NCBI GenBank assembly: GCA_002269645.1
Contig: NIVC01001780.1
Location: 124,001 to 188,000, forward strand
Source: Macrostomum lignano
Taxonomy: Eukaryota
Direction of reading: 5' to 3'
Length of the DNA stretch: 64,000 bases
Below are positions 50,401 through 63,660 of this stretch, piece by piece; position 1 is the first letter of the stretch, and every line of letters starts with the position of its first letter. The position numbers were made by a program, and so were the translations under genes. The notes below the pieces were generated by a model. That model was not told the origin of the DNA, did no database searches, and saw nothing but the letters and a program-made list of their open reading frames with translations.

Positions 50401-52593
50401 GGGTGGGGGATGGAGGGTGATAGGGAGAGGGATAGAGGGTGGGAGATGGAGGGTGATAGGGAGAGGGATAGAGGGTGGGGGATGGAGGGTGATGGGGAGA
50501 GGGATAGAGGGTGGGAGATGGAGGGTGATGGGGAGAGGGATAGAGGGTGGGAGATGGAGGGTGATGGGGAGAGGGATAGAGGGTGGGAGATGGAGGGTGA
50601 TGGGGAGAGGGATAGAGGGTGGGGATGTAGGGAGAAAGGGAGAGGGATAGAGGGTGGGGGATGTAGGGAGAAAGGGAGAGGGATAGAGGGTGGGAGATGT
50701 AGGGAGAAAGGGAGATGGAGGGAGAGCGATGGGGAGGGCAGAGGAGGGGAGAGAGGCGGGCAGAAGGAAATGTTAATTCAGTAATTTTTTTAAATCACCT
50801 TCCAAAGCGAAATACATTGAGGAAAATCTGCATATAGCAGATTGGCCAGAGCTATCTCAGGACACTCATTGATAAATAAATAATTCTATTCACTGTATAG
50901 AACTGTAAAACACCGCTAACAACCGTTTGTTTTGATCCTACTGGGACTCAACAGTAAGTAAATTTCAGATTTGGCACTTTTACGGCAGAAACACAAAGAA
51001 AGAAGATACACAAACACAAACACACATTAATATTTGGACTTTGCACGCGAAAATTGACATTTCTTCGAAAACTGATTGCGTAATTTTAATCATGACTGTT
51101 TAAATTCTTGACGCAAATTTAAGCGTATATAAATTTGGCAAATTAGGTTGCTAAAAAGATTAGCTAACTATCTGATACAATAGGGATAGAGTTACGATAG
51201 TAAGATAGTGAAATATAAACCGTCATTAAAGAATTTTAATTAGCAGTACTACTTACCAAGCAGTAGAAAAACTGGAAAAAAACAGATTCAGAAAGATGTT
51301 TTAATAATAAACAAAAGATATAGCAGTTGCCAGCACTACTTTAGATAGAAAGTAGTATGTAATTGCATTAGAGATGGCCAGCTTTAATTAGCAAGATAAA
51401 TGAAGAAAACTTTAGTATCTAATTTTAAAGTAAAATAGTTGCGAGTAAAAAGTCTTTAACTCACTAATTCACTCTCAATTGTTTATTTTCACTTTATTTT
51501 TGCCCTATGTCACTCTTTACTGTCTAATGTCACTCTTTACTGTCAAAGGTCACTCTTTATTGTCTAATGTCACTCTTTACTGTCTAATGTCACTCTTTAC
51601 TGTCCAATTTCTCTCTCTACTGTCTAATTTCACTCGTTACTGTCTAATTTCACTCTTTACTGTCTAATTTCACTCGTTACTGTCTTATTTCACTCTTTAC
51701 TCTCTAATTTCACTCTTTACTGTTTAATGTCACTATTTACTGTCTAATGTCATTCTTTACTGTCTAATGTCACTCTTTAATGTCTAATGTCACTCTTTAC
51801 TGTCTAATGTCACTCTTTACTGTCTAATGTCACTCTTTACTGTCCAATTTCTCTCTTTACTGTCCAATTTCTCTCTTTACTCTCTAATTTCACTCTTTAC
51901 TGTTTAATGTCACTATTTACTGTCTAATGTCACTCTTTACTGTCCAATGTCACTATTTACTGTCTAATGTCACTCTTTACTGTCCAATTTCACTATTTAC
52001 TGTCCAATACACTCTTTACTGTCTAATGTCACTCTTTACTGTCTAATTTCACTCTTTACTGTCAAAAATTTATTTTTCAATATTATGATTTTTACTACTA
52101 ATGTTAGTTCTTATAGTAAACCTAGAATTAAAGAATGAATATCTCTCTTAACGATTACTCACTCAGAAACCTGCACGCCAGTTGTTCCATCCGAGACGTC
52201 GGTAGCTCCTGACTCGCTCACCGAATGCGGCGACGACGAAAGCACAGTCTCCCAAATAGTGACCTTCTTGCGTGCCCGGCCCCCGAACCCGCCGCCGCCA
52301 ACTCTCAGCAGAGAGCTCTTTAGCGGCTGCTGTCGGGCTGCCGAGCTGCTGGAGCCGACAGAATGCGGAGCCGGCGTAGCATCAGATGGGCCGCCGCCGC
52401 TAATAGCCGATGTGCTAGCGGTGTCGATTCGCAGCAGGCCAGTAGAATTTGATCGAGACTCTGGCGAGCTGATTGAACGATTCTGTTGAAATATTTGCTG
52501 CTGATGCTGACTAGAGGAATTACTTGTGTTACTGCTGTTGTTAGCAACGTGACCGCCGCCGCCGCCTTCGCCGTTGCCTTCCGTGGTAGACAT
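38788..52593 (-). CDS. WNK: WNK-family (with-no-lysine) Ser/Thr kinase, 9 exons, about 1188 aa
   Basis: Exons 52593-52163, 48354-47682, 46546-46281, 45504-45175, 44680-44473, 43845-43510, 42352-42065, 41522-40763, 39062-38788; all GT-AG with matching phases (3567 nt). GEGAYKRVF plus IAWCEL is the WNK signature. Also [23 protein letters not shown], and a C-terminal GRFAVS (RFxV) motif. The final stop is provisional. Confidence 0.9.
39117..39292 (-). mobile_element. SINE family A, internally deleted copy 4
   Basis: Shares the CAGCTCAGCCGC...CATCTGAAGGCTGCGTACGG and GAATCGAACCC blocks; the CORE-like part is missing. Confidence 0.7.
39960..40680. repeat. GA-rich intronic repeat (GAGAGAGTGAGATAGAGAG units)
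   Basis: Read directly; WNK intron 8. Confidence 0.92.
41540..42000. repeat. Degenerate GAATGTGTGAATGACTGAGT repeat
   Basis: Read directly; WNK intron 7. Confidence 0.85.
42540..43410. repeat. Minisatellite, 32-bp unit AGGGTCAGTGGGTCATAGAGCCAGAGAATCGT
   Basis: About 27 units; WNK intron 6. Confidence 0.97.
43950..44315. repeat. Minisatellite, 34-bp unit ATCTGACAGTCAATCTATCTGACTCTCACTGCAC
   Basis: About 10 units; WNK intron 5. Confidence 0.96.
44745..45140. repeat. Minisatellite, 18/19-bp unit CACCCACCACCCC(T)ACAAG
   Basis: Read directly; WNK intron 4. Confidence 0.96.
45585..46220. repeat. Minisatellite, 25/26-bp unit GAGACTGAAGGGTGAGATTGGATAT
   Basis: Read directly; WNK intron 3. Confidence 0.95.
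46699..47224 (+). mobile_element. 5'-truncated copy of a related LOA-like LINE subfamily (3' about 525 bp)
   Basis: Encodes GHGCF.RH...[18 protein letters not shown] like the ORF2 C-terminus, with the same 3' UTR motif and AGTCA tail. TSD AGTCGCCAAAA at 46688-46698 and 47225-47235; antisense in WNK intron 2. Confidence 0.92.
48545..49440. repeat. Minisatellite, 22-bp unit CTAATCCGATAGATCACTTACA
   Basis: About 40 units; WNK intron 1. Confidence 0.95.
49910..50760. repeat. G/A-rich minisatellite, 36-bp unit
   Basis: GAGGGTGATAGGGAGAGGGATAGAGGGTGGGGGATG repeats; WNK intron 1. Confidence 0.93.
51500..52065. repeat. Minisatellite, 20-bp unit TGTCTAATGTCACTCTTTAC
   Basis: Read directly; WNK intron 1. 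Confidence 0.95.
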
Positions 52594-52759
52594 GGTCTTT
52601 TTGCCTAACTAAATAGGCGCTAAGACACTGTAGATTGTGGTTATGGTATGCATAGATTAATAGACTCTACTTAGTTAAGTAGTCTGATTAGTATATTCTT
52701 TTCAAATGTCCTATGTTTGTGGTGGAGGGTGTTATCGACTGTCTGCTGACCACTTAGCT

Positions 52760-53670
52760 TTAATTTATCCCTGACGTGTTTGGTGTGGTGGGTGCTATCG
52801 ACTGGCTGCTTGCTGACCCAATTAACTCCAATTTATCGCTGGCGTGTTTGGGGTGGTGGGTGCTATCGACTGGCTGCTTGCTGACTCTTAACTCCAATTT
52901 ATCGCTGGCGTGTTTGGGGTGGTGGGTGCTATTGACTGTTTGCTGACTATTTAGCTCCAATTTATCGCTGGCGTGTTTGGGGTGGTGGGTGCTATTGACT
53001 GGCTGCTTGCTGACCCTTAACTCCAATTTATCGCTGGCGTGCTTGGGGTGGTGGGTGCTATCGACTAGCTGCTGACCCAATTAACTCCAATTTATCGCTG
53101 GCGTGTTTGGGGTGGTGGGTGCTATTGACTCGCTGCTTGCTGACCTTTAACTCCAATTTATCGCTGGCGTGTTTAGGGTGGTGGGTGCTATCGACTAGCT
53201 GCTGATCCTTCAACTCGCACTTATCGCGGGCGTGTTTGGGGTGGTGGGTGCTATTGACTGGCTGCTTGCTGACCCTTAACTCCAATTTATCGCTGGCGTG
53301 CTTGGGGTGGTGGGTGCTATTGACTGGCTGCTGACCCAATTAACTCCAATTTATCGCTGGCGTGTTTTGGGTGGTGGGTGCTATCGACTGGCTGCTTGCT
53401 GACTCTTAAATCCAATTTATCGCTGGCGTGTTTGGGGTGGTGGGTGCTATTGACTGGCTGCTTGCTGACCCAATTAACTCCAATTTATCGCTGGCGTGTT
53501 TGGGGTGGTGGGTGCTATCGACTGGCTGCTTGCTGACTCTTAACTCCAATTTATCGCGGGCGTGTTTGGGGTGGTGGGTGCTATTGACTGGCTGCTAACC
53601 ATTTAGCTCCAATTTATCGCTGGCGTGTTTGGGGTGGTGGGTGCTATCGACTGGCTGCTGACCCTTTAAA
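52760..53670. repeat. Minisatellite, about 62-69-bp unit (ACTCCAATTTATCGCTGGCGTGTTTGGGGTGGTGGGTGCTA...)
   Basis: About 14 units upstream of the WNK ATG. Confidence 0.95.
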
Positions 53671-54940
53671 GCGTGTTTGGGGGTGGCGGGGGGGGGGTGG
53701 GTGCTATCTTAAACTTGCTGGCCCCTCTGCCTTAACAAATCTCTGGCGTCCTTTTATGAAGTAAGTGTTATCGACAGTCTGTCCTGAATTTTCTTCTTGA
53801 ATCTAACTTTTGCACTTAAGTTAAAGAAAAAACCCAGAAGTAAGCCATCAAATAAATTTTGTGCATTCACGCATTTATTATTCATATATGTCAGTGGCAA
53901 AGTTAATTATAGTAGTATATATTATAGATGTTAATCGCAGCACACTGAATCGTTGCGCTCGCTCCCGCTGTTCATGATCGCAAAAGTTAGCGGACACATT
54001 TTAAACAAGTTGGATAGATAAAAGAGACACAAACAGAGTCAGTTAGGCATACCATAGGAAAGAAACAAACAAAAAACGACACAAGAATGATAAAAAGACA
54101 TTAGAGTCAAAGCGCAAATAAATGTAAACACGTGCAACATACCACTCTGCTACTACTTAGAATATTAGTCAGCAAAGTAGTGCACAAAGAACAACACGCG
54201 TTCGCTTTTCATGCATTGTTTTAAAAAGCGTTTTTTTCAAGTTTTGTACAAAAGTTTTTATTTATTCAGAAAAAAACTGATTACCATCGGCAATAATTGT
54301 AGAAGCTGACACTGATAATTAAGTCGGTGCCAAAAAACAGACATTATTTGATTTATTATTAATACATGTGGAATCGGGAATCAAAAGTATAATATATAGC
54401 ACATTCATTAGTAATCAACAAGCAATTCACAAAGACTTTTTAAAAGGGGAGAAAAAGTTACATTGGCAATAAAAATATTATGTTCCACAGACAGACAAGC
54501 GTAGGGATTAACTATCGAATAACTCACTGGGATAGCCGTTACGGGGGGGGGGGTCAGACTCTGCTCAAATGTATCTCGCATTACACATTAAATTATTAGA
54601 ACTGAAGGAAATAAGACAAATGTTTGTCCAGTTTCACATCACTAACACATCAATAATAGGAAGATGCTCAATATATAATCATTAAGTTTTAATTGAAAGG
54701 CATAGAATATAGACACGGTGAAAACAATTAAAATTATTAGATTTGCATAGAAAGGAAAGCCGAGTCAAAACTAAAAACTACAAAACACGATTAGCAGTGT
54801 AATAACAACAAAACAAAGGAAAACAGTCTTAAAATATACACTAAAACAAAAAAGTTAAACAAAAAAATCTAAAAACTACGAGGGATGTTGCAAAAGCTTT
54901 CCGGACTGTGTTTCTTTCACTGTGTAAAACAATTTGACAT

Positions 54941-55200
54941 CCTGGGTCGGGGGTTCGATTCTTGACCCACTCGGAACAATTAAATATTTGTGTCCTTGAG
55001 CAAGACACTTATCTCTGCATTGCTTCAGTTCACACAGCTGTAAATTGGGTGCCAGCATTAGCTGGGGTAATTGACGGTGTGTGTGGCGACCCCCCAGTCC
55101 TTGGACTGAACAGCCGTACGCAGCCTTCAGATGCGCCGCGCAAATAGCTGCGGCTGAGCTGTCGGTTGCACATCTGGCCCAACTGTGGCAGGTGTAATCA
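54941..55200 (+). mobile_element. SINE family A, copy 5 (A box missing)
   Basis: Reverse orientation of the same body; begins at GGTCGGGGGTTCGATTC. Confidence 0.8.
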
Positions 55201-55822
55201 ATTATTAATTATGATAATTCAATCAATCAGTAAACGTACAATCCACGAAAAATGATGCAGCACCCCTCGTATTAACTAAATATTAAAACATCAACAACAG
55301 AATTCTGAATGATTCATAAAGATTTTATCTCATTGAAAATCAAACGCACAATAATTTTTTCTCAGAAATGATTTCAAAAACGAATCAAAATTCAATCAAA
55401 ACAATCTCAAATACGTATACAGCTATTGAATCATAAAGCATAAAAATTCTAGAATAAAAACTGACAAAAAGCGGCTATCAACCTAAAAAGCAAGCAAGCG
55501 AATAAGCGAATACCATAGAAGACGCGGAGTTGATAAGCATTCAATTTTAATTATATAAAAACAAATGATTATATTGAAATAGTAGACTAATAAAAATCGC
55601 TTACAGAGGTACACACTGATTAAACTTTCTTCTTTTCTGCAACCAACACAAAATCAATTGTTGCTAAAAAGTTTTTGATTTATAACACGTTAAACCTATT
55701 TATAATAGCTCGTAACTCTGCATTTACCATTTCTTTTTCATTGCAATTATCAGACAGAATCAGACTGTGCGGCAGCAGAAATCCTTTTCAATGAGCGCAA
55801 AGACAAGTCAGGCGAAGTTCAC

Positions 55823-58725
55823 TCAAGATTCCTCATCCTCTTCTTCATCCTCTTCTTCATCATCGTCTCCGCCCTGCATCTTGTTGGTGCCCCTGTCGCT
55901 ATCAGTGTCCTGGAACCGGAACTCCGGTCCGGCCATGTCGATGGCCCATTGAAATTTCTCACGCTGCGTTTTGTTATAAACTTTCTCAACTGGAACGTTG
56001 AACCGGCGGCACCAGGCCACCGTGATGCGCGGGTCCAGGTAGTTTAGCTTGGACGTGCCCAGTGCGATCTCTTTGTTCTCGTCTTTGTCCGTCTTTTGCA
56101 CTTTTAGCTTGAGCAGCTGATCTTCTAGGCGACGTAGGGCGGCCTTCTTCTTTTCGTAGGCCTGATGAATATTCGATAAGGTTGGAATTTTGTCTTAATA
56201 GTCTAATTAGCCTTCAAGCTTTTTAATTAGGATAAAAATAGTCGGAGATACACATAAACTGGGGTCATGACCTCGGAGATAACACCTAAACTAGGGTCAT
56301 GACCTCGGAGATAACACCTAAACTGGGGTCATGACCTCGGAGATAACACCTAAACTGGGGCCATGACCTCGGAGATAACACCTAAACTGGGGTCATGACC
56401 TCGGAGATAACACCTAAACTGGGGTCATGACCTCGGAGATAACACCTAAACTGGGGTCATGACCTCGGAGATAACACCTAAACTGGGGCCATGACCTCGG
56501 AGATAACACCTAAACTGGGGTCATGACCTCGGAGATAACACCTAAACTGGGGCCATGACCTCGGAAATAACACCTAAACTGGGGCCATGACCTCGGAGAT
56601 AACTACACTAGGGTCATAAACTCGGAGATAACTACACTAGGGTCATAAACTCGGAGATAACTACACTAGGGTCATAAACTCGGAGATAACTACACTAGGG
56701 TCATGACCTCTGAGACAACTACACTAGGGTTATGACCTCGGGGATACCAAAGTGTCAAAGTGCAAGAGTCCAAAGACAACTTCCATTTCACACAAAACCC
56801 ACCTGTTTATTCTTGACGCTCTTCTGCCTCTTAGCAACCACCTTAGCTGCCTTAGCCTCACGTTTAGCTGCCTTGACCGCTTTCTCTTTCTCTTCCACCT
56901 TTTTGTTGAGATTCTCCATTGACTTCTCGAAAGTCTTGGGCACGGCGCGCTGGTGATTGCAGAGTATGGCCACCTCGCGATTGGCCCGATTGTAGCTGAG
57001 AATCTTGGCGGCAACCGGTTCCTCGGGATTAGTGAGCTTGTCCAGCTGCTCCTCCAGCGTCTTACTGGCGTTGTACGTCCTGAACACCTTGGCGGTTAGA
57101 CCGTCCATGAGCTCTTTGAGATGAGCATTCAATATGCTAGTGTTCAGCCGGTCAAACAAGTCGTCGCCCTCCTTCTTATTCTCCATAAAGAGGCGCAGAT
57201 TTTTGAAGACCCGCTTCTCAACAGGCACTGCATTGTTGTACCGAATCGAGTCTTTGCCAAGAAAGTCGAATTCGACAACGTAATTGCCCATCTCCGGATG
57301 CTGCTTGTGCAGCTTGATGTGCTCGTAGCGCAGCGAGCAGCATCCAACAGTATCCGCTTCATCGTCATCCTTTTCATTACCAGCACGAAGCGCCAATTTG
57401 TCAATAAAGTACAGAGCAACAGCCCTCTGCCTGAGGCGCATCTCTTTGCTCTTTAAATCAGCTCGATACTGCGACCGGATCTTATCCACAACTTTGTGCA
57501 ACTGTCTGGCTGTTTCGTACTTTTTCCAATCTTTTTCGCCTTTCAACCGACTGGCGGCATTCAGCATGACGTACTTGAAGTTGCCCTGCACATTCTCTAC
57601 CCAGCAAGCTAACCAGCTGACCGTGTTATCGTGACGGACCTCCTTCCACTTGCGACCGTCTGGCGGTTTGGGCACTTTCGAGTCTTTGCTACAGTTAATA
57701 ATGACATCCTCCGGACGGACTCGCCTCTTTAGTTTGCCCATTTTCGGATGATTACCCCGACCGCGGAACAGGCCGGGCGGTTCGATGCGAAAGTTAGCAA
57801 TCTTCTGCTTGTGCCCATCCAGGGTGCACACTCCGTACTCTTTCATCAGGCGCTCATTCTCCTGTTTGAGTTTGAGTTTCTCCTCTTTACTGCGATTCTT
57901 GCGCTCCTCAGCCTGCTGAGTGAAGTACCGATGCATCTCTTTAAAGTCGCACTTCTTTAGGGACTTGATACGCTTCTGCTCGTCGTGAGTCATCACCGAG
58001 CGCCAGTCCTGGAAGAAATTATTATTGAACACATCCTTGCTAGTGTAGTCATGGTCCAGCATTCTGGCGTAGAAGCCAGCCACCTCCTCAGCCTCCGGCG
58101 ACAACTGCATCGGTTCGCCATCGTAGTAGAATTTCACCGATTTGGGCAGCGGCTCGTAAGCGGGCGCGAACACCGGACCTTTGTGCTCGAGAAATTTCCA
58201 CTTGGAACCGTCGCTAGGTTTGGCCTCCTCCCACCAGCGCCAGACTTCCGGCTCGTCTGGCTTGCCTTCCTTCTTCACGGGCTTTTTGTCCTTATTAACT
58301 GTCGGCTTGGACTTCTCTTTAGCCTTGGCAGCGAGGCGCTCCTTTTCTTTCTCCTTCTCACGTCGCTTCTCTTTCTCCAGTTTCTTTTTCTTCTTCAACT
58401 CTCTCCTAGCCGCAGCCGAGGCTGATGACGAAGACGCTTCAACGCCGTTGGATTCAATCGGCTCCTTTTTGACCTTCTTGCTAGACGGTTGGTCGCCGTT
58501 GGCTTCGGCGGAAGCTTTACCGCCAGACGAGGCGCCAGCAGTAGCGGCAGCGGCTGACGACGACTGCTCCGACGAAGGCGTCGGCGGCGGAGACGCTTTC
58601 CGCTTGGCGACGTTGAACTTCTTAGCTAGAGGCACGTCATCATCACTGCTGCTGGTATTGCCGTTTTTGAAATCGCCGGAACCGCCTGGCGCCAGCATCG
58701 GCTCGCGTTTCACAGCAGCGGACAT
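55823..58725 (-). CDS. TOP1: DNA topoisomerase I (type IB), exons 58725-56803 and 56161-55823, 753 aa
   Basis: [82 protein letters not shown] and the catalytic [10 protein letters not shown]. Phase-0 junction CAG|GTGGGT ... CATCAG|GCC. Confidence 0.98.
56250..56730. repeat. Minisatellite, 32-bp unit GGGGTCATGACCTCGGAGATAACACCTAAACT, then a 29-bp variant
   Basis: Fills the TOP1 intron. Confidence 0.96.
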
Positions 58726-59675
58726 GCTTTTATTTTAATAACAAAAATTGCTGTCTGCTGTGTCCGAATTTGAGATGCTAGTACTTTTAGAGTAGACTAG
58801 AAGAGGAGCCTGGATAGATAAGACGCTGTTATGCTAGAGTCTACTCAAATTTAGTTTAGCAACAACAACAATAACAACAGCGGGATACGGAACAGCATGA
58901 ATTGATAACACAAAGTTGAATATGACTAATAATGATAATATCAACTGAGCCTACCTACTTATATAGTAATGACTGGAGTTAATTACTGCACTAATCGTTA
59001 GGCATGTACAATTTTACACTTTCTGTGCCTTGGGGATTGGCCTATTCTATTTCTATACTTTTAAGGTATATAAAAGATACAAGATGAAAACAAACAGTTA
59101 TAATTTGCACCGTCAAACTGACCAAAATTGACCACTTTATTGTAGTTAAATAAATCATAACCACACAAGGGAGGGAGAGAATAATTGGGGACGGTAAAAG
59201 TTGTTTCTTGGAAAATATATTTTTTGAAGGCTGACTTTACCTTTATCCAATTAAGTCATAGGGATAAATATTATATACTATAGGAGACATAAAAATCTTT
59301 TAATCAGGCTAAATCGATTATGTACTGAATCAAGCAATGTATTATGCTAGACGTATCGTCACATACTAGATATGGTATTAAAAAACGAAACATACTCTAC
59401 ATAAACTGATCATGAAGTATGTGTTACAATCGAGGCAATCATATGTACTCAAATCACTAGCCTAGAGATACTAAAAAGCATACAAGTCATTAGCATTATT
59501 ATATTATTATTGGCACTCAGTAGTATAACTTGTTACTATACTACTTAAGCTAATGAGTAGTATCCACTTGAAATTAAACAACCACAAAATCATGATCGCA
59601 GGAACTCACTATAGGCATAGGAAACGTCTTTCTAACTACTACTCAGAATATACTACTGATTAGGAAAAAAGTAGT

Positions 59676-62600
59676 TTAAGAATTCACGGAAGCTGCGGGT
59701 TTCGCAGCGCTTCCGCCGCCGCCAGTGGCTCCTCCGGCGGGTTGTTTCTCTTCGATCTGTTTGCCCAGATACTCCCTAGCAACGAATTTAGTAGTTAAAA
59801 ATAAACATTATCAGCGTGTTCAAAAGACCAAATTCAAAATTCAAATTAAACAAGATATCCAACTTGGGTAAGACTGCTTACCAATTATGAACCATAATTT
59901 TCTGCACTGCAATGAGAGCATTGTAACGAACATTCGGATCTTCGCTAGACAGCATCTTCATCACCAGCTCTTTGGCGCCGAGCTGCTCAATCACTCTGGA
60001 ATTTGAGTCAATTGTGCATTCTTAAAGTTTATGTTATGTTCTGGACTGATACTGCTGCGAATGAGCGGTGGCTCATAACATGGCACTTAAATTAATGATC
60101 ATGCTAAGGTACTCTAGGGAGACCTGTAACAATGGTCCACTCATATAGGCTGGGCATACTATGACACTCGTATAGGCTCATACTATGACACTCGTATAGG
60201 CTCATACTATGACACTCGTATAGCCTCATACTATGACACTCGTATAGGCTCATACCATGACACTCGCATAGGCTCATATTATGACACTCGTATAGGCTCA
60301 TACTATGACGCTCATACGGAATCAGACTATGACGCTCATACAGCCTCATACTATGACACTCGTATAGGCTCATACTATGACACTCGCATAGGCTCATACT
60401 ATGACACTCGTATAGGCTCATACTATGACACTCGTATAGGCTCATATTATGACACTCGTATAGGCTCATACTATGACACTCGTATAGGCTCATACTATGA
60501 CACTCGTATAGGCTCATACCATGACACTCGTATAGGCTCATACTATGACACTCGTATAGGCTCATACTATGACACTCGTATAGGCTCATACCATGACACT
60601 CGTATAGGCTCATACTATGACGCTCATACGGAATCAGACTATGACGCTCATACAGCCTCATACTATGACGCTCATACGGAATCAGACTATGACGCTCATA
60701 TAGGCTCATACTATGACACTCATACAGCCTCATACTATGACGCTTATACGGAATCAGACTATGACGCTCATTAAGGCTCATACAATCACGTTCGTTAAGG
60801 CTTATACTATGACGCTCATATAAGCCCAAACCATGACACTTATACAGGCTTATATTATGACGCTCATTAAGGCTCATACTATGACGCTGATAAACAGAAG
60901 TATATTATATGACGCTACTTAAGAATGTCATTCTAAATTTATAACTCTTTTATAACTCGAAAAAACTCACACAATGAAAATGAAAGGATTATACAATAAC
61001 CAGGATAAGAGGGAGGCTCATCTATAATAAGCCAGCACTCACGTCTTGCCCCTGGGATAATGCCGGACATACTCGCCAACATCGTGAGCAGCCACGCACA
61101 GCACTAGCGAATCCTTGCTGCTCTCCAGCAATCGAACAAGAATCTTCAACAGTTCATAGTTGCGCTCATTCAGTCTGATGGCATTCTCGCGCCAGAACCG
61201 CTCAGACTTGTGCACCGGACTCCATTCGAGTCGGCCTGCCTTGAGCTCGCTGGCGTACTCATCGAACGAGCTCAAATCGTGAATAGAATTGCTCAACACT
61301 TCAACAAGATATTTGAGATCATCTTCGTGCTCAATATCGTCGTACTTCTTCTGGGCTAAGAGTTCAACCTGTTTGAGCACTTTGCAGTGAACCATGGCCA
61401 ATGCGCTCTCCTGGGTGAGCTGGGAGTCGGCCGGCTTCTCAAGCAGATGACGAAAGAATGCGCACACAATGCGGTTCACCTTCTCCTTCTCGGATTCGCA
61501 CAGGATGTCTGCGCAGATTGGGATCAGGTTGTACCTGCGGAGTGGGGTGAAGTTTAATTGGGATAGTTAGTTATAATCAGCTACTCATTTGTGCAGCAGT
61601 AGTATCATTAGAATATAGTAGGAAAATAGTATTATATAATTGGTGCCGTGTGCACCCTAGCGCACTTTAAGCGACATTGTCGCACAACCGGCGAGAGGCA
61701 TTGCTGCCTATTTCGCAGGAGTGTACAGCGGCCCTAACTTTATTTATCGTTAGGCATGTACACTTCATTGTGCCTTGGGGGGTTGGCCCTAAAGGGCGTT
61801 AATTGCACGAGCAGAGCCAAGCGGAGATTCCAATTCAGCCCCAAATTAATGTGACTGCACTTGGAATCGAGCCTGGGTCGCTGGCACATCAGAGCGCCGC
61901 GCCAGACCACTGGGCTACCAGCGCCTTAGTAGTATATAGATACTACTTAGTAATTATTCTCGTAGTAGTAGGTTAAATGGCCAGATGTGCAACCGACAGC
62001 TCAGCCGCAGCTATTGCGCGGCGCATCTGAAGGCTGCGTACGGCTGTTCAGTCAAGGACTGGGGGGGTCGCTACACACACCCTCAATTATTACCCAAGCT
62101 AATGCTGGCACCCATTTTACAGCTGGGTGAACTGAAGCAATGCAGAGATAAGTCTCTTGCTCAAGGAATGACACAAAGTGTTCCCGAGTGGGTGGAGAAT
62201 CGAACCCCCGACCTTTCAGTGGTGAGTCGGACGCTCTAAGCACTAGGCTATAACTTCCCTTTACAAGAAGTAGTGGTATTGCTAGTGTTTTTATAATAGC
62301 AGTAGCATGAAGAAGTATTAGGCGCACTACTAATAATGAAGAGTAGTATGCCTATCGATTCTTTCAACAATTCAACAATTACAATAACAAGGGCGACTAA
62401 CTTTTTCATTCTGGCAACAATGTCGGCATCGAAGCTTAAGCACCACAGGCAGAACACCAGCTGGTATTGAATCTGATAATTCACTTTGCCGCTGAGCACG
62501 TTGGCTAGAGTGCCAATGCCGTCAATATCGCAGAACACCTGCCTGTACTGGCTCACCCGCAGCAGCATTTGAAGGCAGCGAGCTACCGTCTGTAGGTATT

Positions 62601-63421
62601 CGTTTGACTGGGGAAGTGGGTAGATTAAATTTGTACTTTTAATATATCGTAATTAAAACATATTGAATATCCACTAATGAGATACAGCAAATTATCTCAT
62701 AATCCATAATAGAGATGGATAGTCAGGATAGACAGTGAGATAGAGATGGATAATGAGGATAGACAGTGAGATAGAGATGGATAATGAGGATAGAAAGTGA
62801 GATAGAGATGGATAATGAGGATAGACAGTGAGATAGAGATGGATAATGAGGATAGAAAGTGAGTTAGAGATAGATAATGAGGATAGACAGTGAGATAGAG
62901 ATGGATAATGAGAATAGACAGTGAGATAGAGATGGATACTGAGGATAGACAGTGAGTTAGAGATGGATAATGAGGATAGGAAGTGAGATAAGCACAGGTA
63001 TCTCACAGGAATTCTGAGCTGCTCATTTAGCCAGTTAAGATAGTGCACCAAGTCAGTCTGCTCCATCAGGCGGCTGCCCCAGCAGGCGAACTTGGCCACA
63101 ATCCTGGACGCCTGGTTAACAATAAAGCCGTCCTGCCGGTGCAGCAGCGAGAAGAACGGACTCCAGACGTTCTCTTTCCGCTGCTCCATGTAGCGTTTAA
63201 ACACATCGACGCGAGTTTTCTCTTCTTGAAGCAAATCGTCCAGCAAAGTGAGCACGTATTGCACAGTTTGATCCTTTGAGATCTTAGCTAGCATGGAGAA
63301 AAATGTGCGAGCGAACTGATCCGAGTTGGCCTCCAGTAGAGCCTTGCGCTGCTCGGGGACGGCCGAGAGAGACTCCAGCTTCACCATGAAGTCGTAGTCT
63401 TCGGGGTCGATCATCTGGCCT
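59676..63421 (-). CDS. ATP6V1H: V-type proton ATPase subunit H (5' exon lies beyond the window); exons 63421-63007, 62607-62402, 61534-61043, 59995-59882, 59775-59676
   Basis: [101 protein letters not shown]; splice phases match. Confidence 0.96.
60135..60895. repeat. Minisatellite, 24-bp unit ATACTATGACACTCGTATAGGCTC
   Basis: About 30 units in a V-ATPase H intron. Confidence 0.96.
61644..61922 (-). mobile_element. SINE family B, copy 3 (internal deletion, more diverged)
   Basis: Same blocks as 5039-5413; possible TSD TAGTA(T/G)TATATA at 61627-61638 and 61927-61938. Confidence 0.8.
61978..62250 (-). mobile_element. SINE family A, copy 6
   Basis: A box TAGCCTAGTGC, B-box-like GGTTCGATTCT and the full body. 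Confidence 0.82.
62700..62995. repeat. Minisatellite, 31-bp unit GATAGACAGTGAGATAGAGATGGATAATGAG
   Basis: About 9 units in a V-ATPase H intron. Confidence 0.95.
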
Positions 63422-63554
63422 CTGCTCGGGGTCAGGGGAGGTGAGGGGCGCTGGGCCTGACTTGCGGTACTTGAAATTGGAGGGATTGTCATGTGGGAAA
63501 ATAGGTGAGCTGGCATGCTCAGATTGAATTAAACAAAGACAGGCCGATCTAGAG

Positions 63555-63585
63555 TAGACAGAAAGACGGGCAGACAGACAGACAC

Positions 63586-63660
<75 letters not shown>

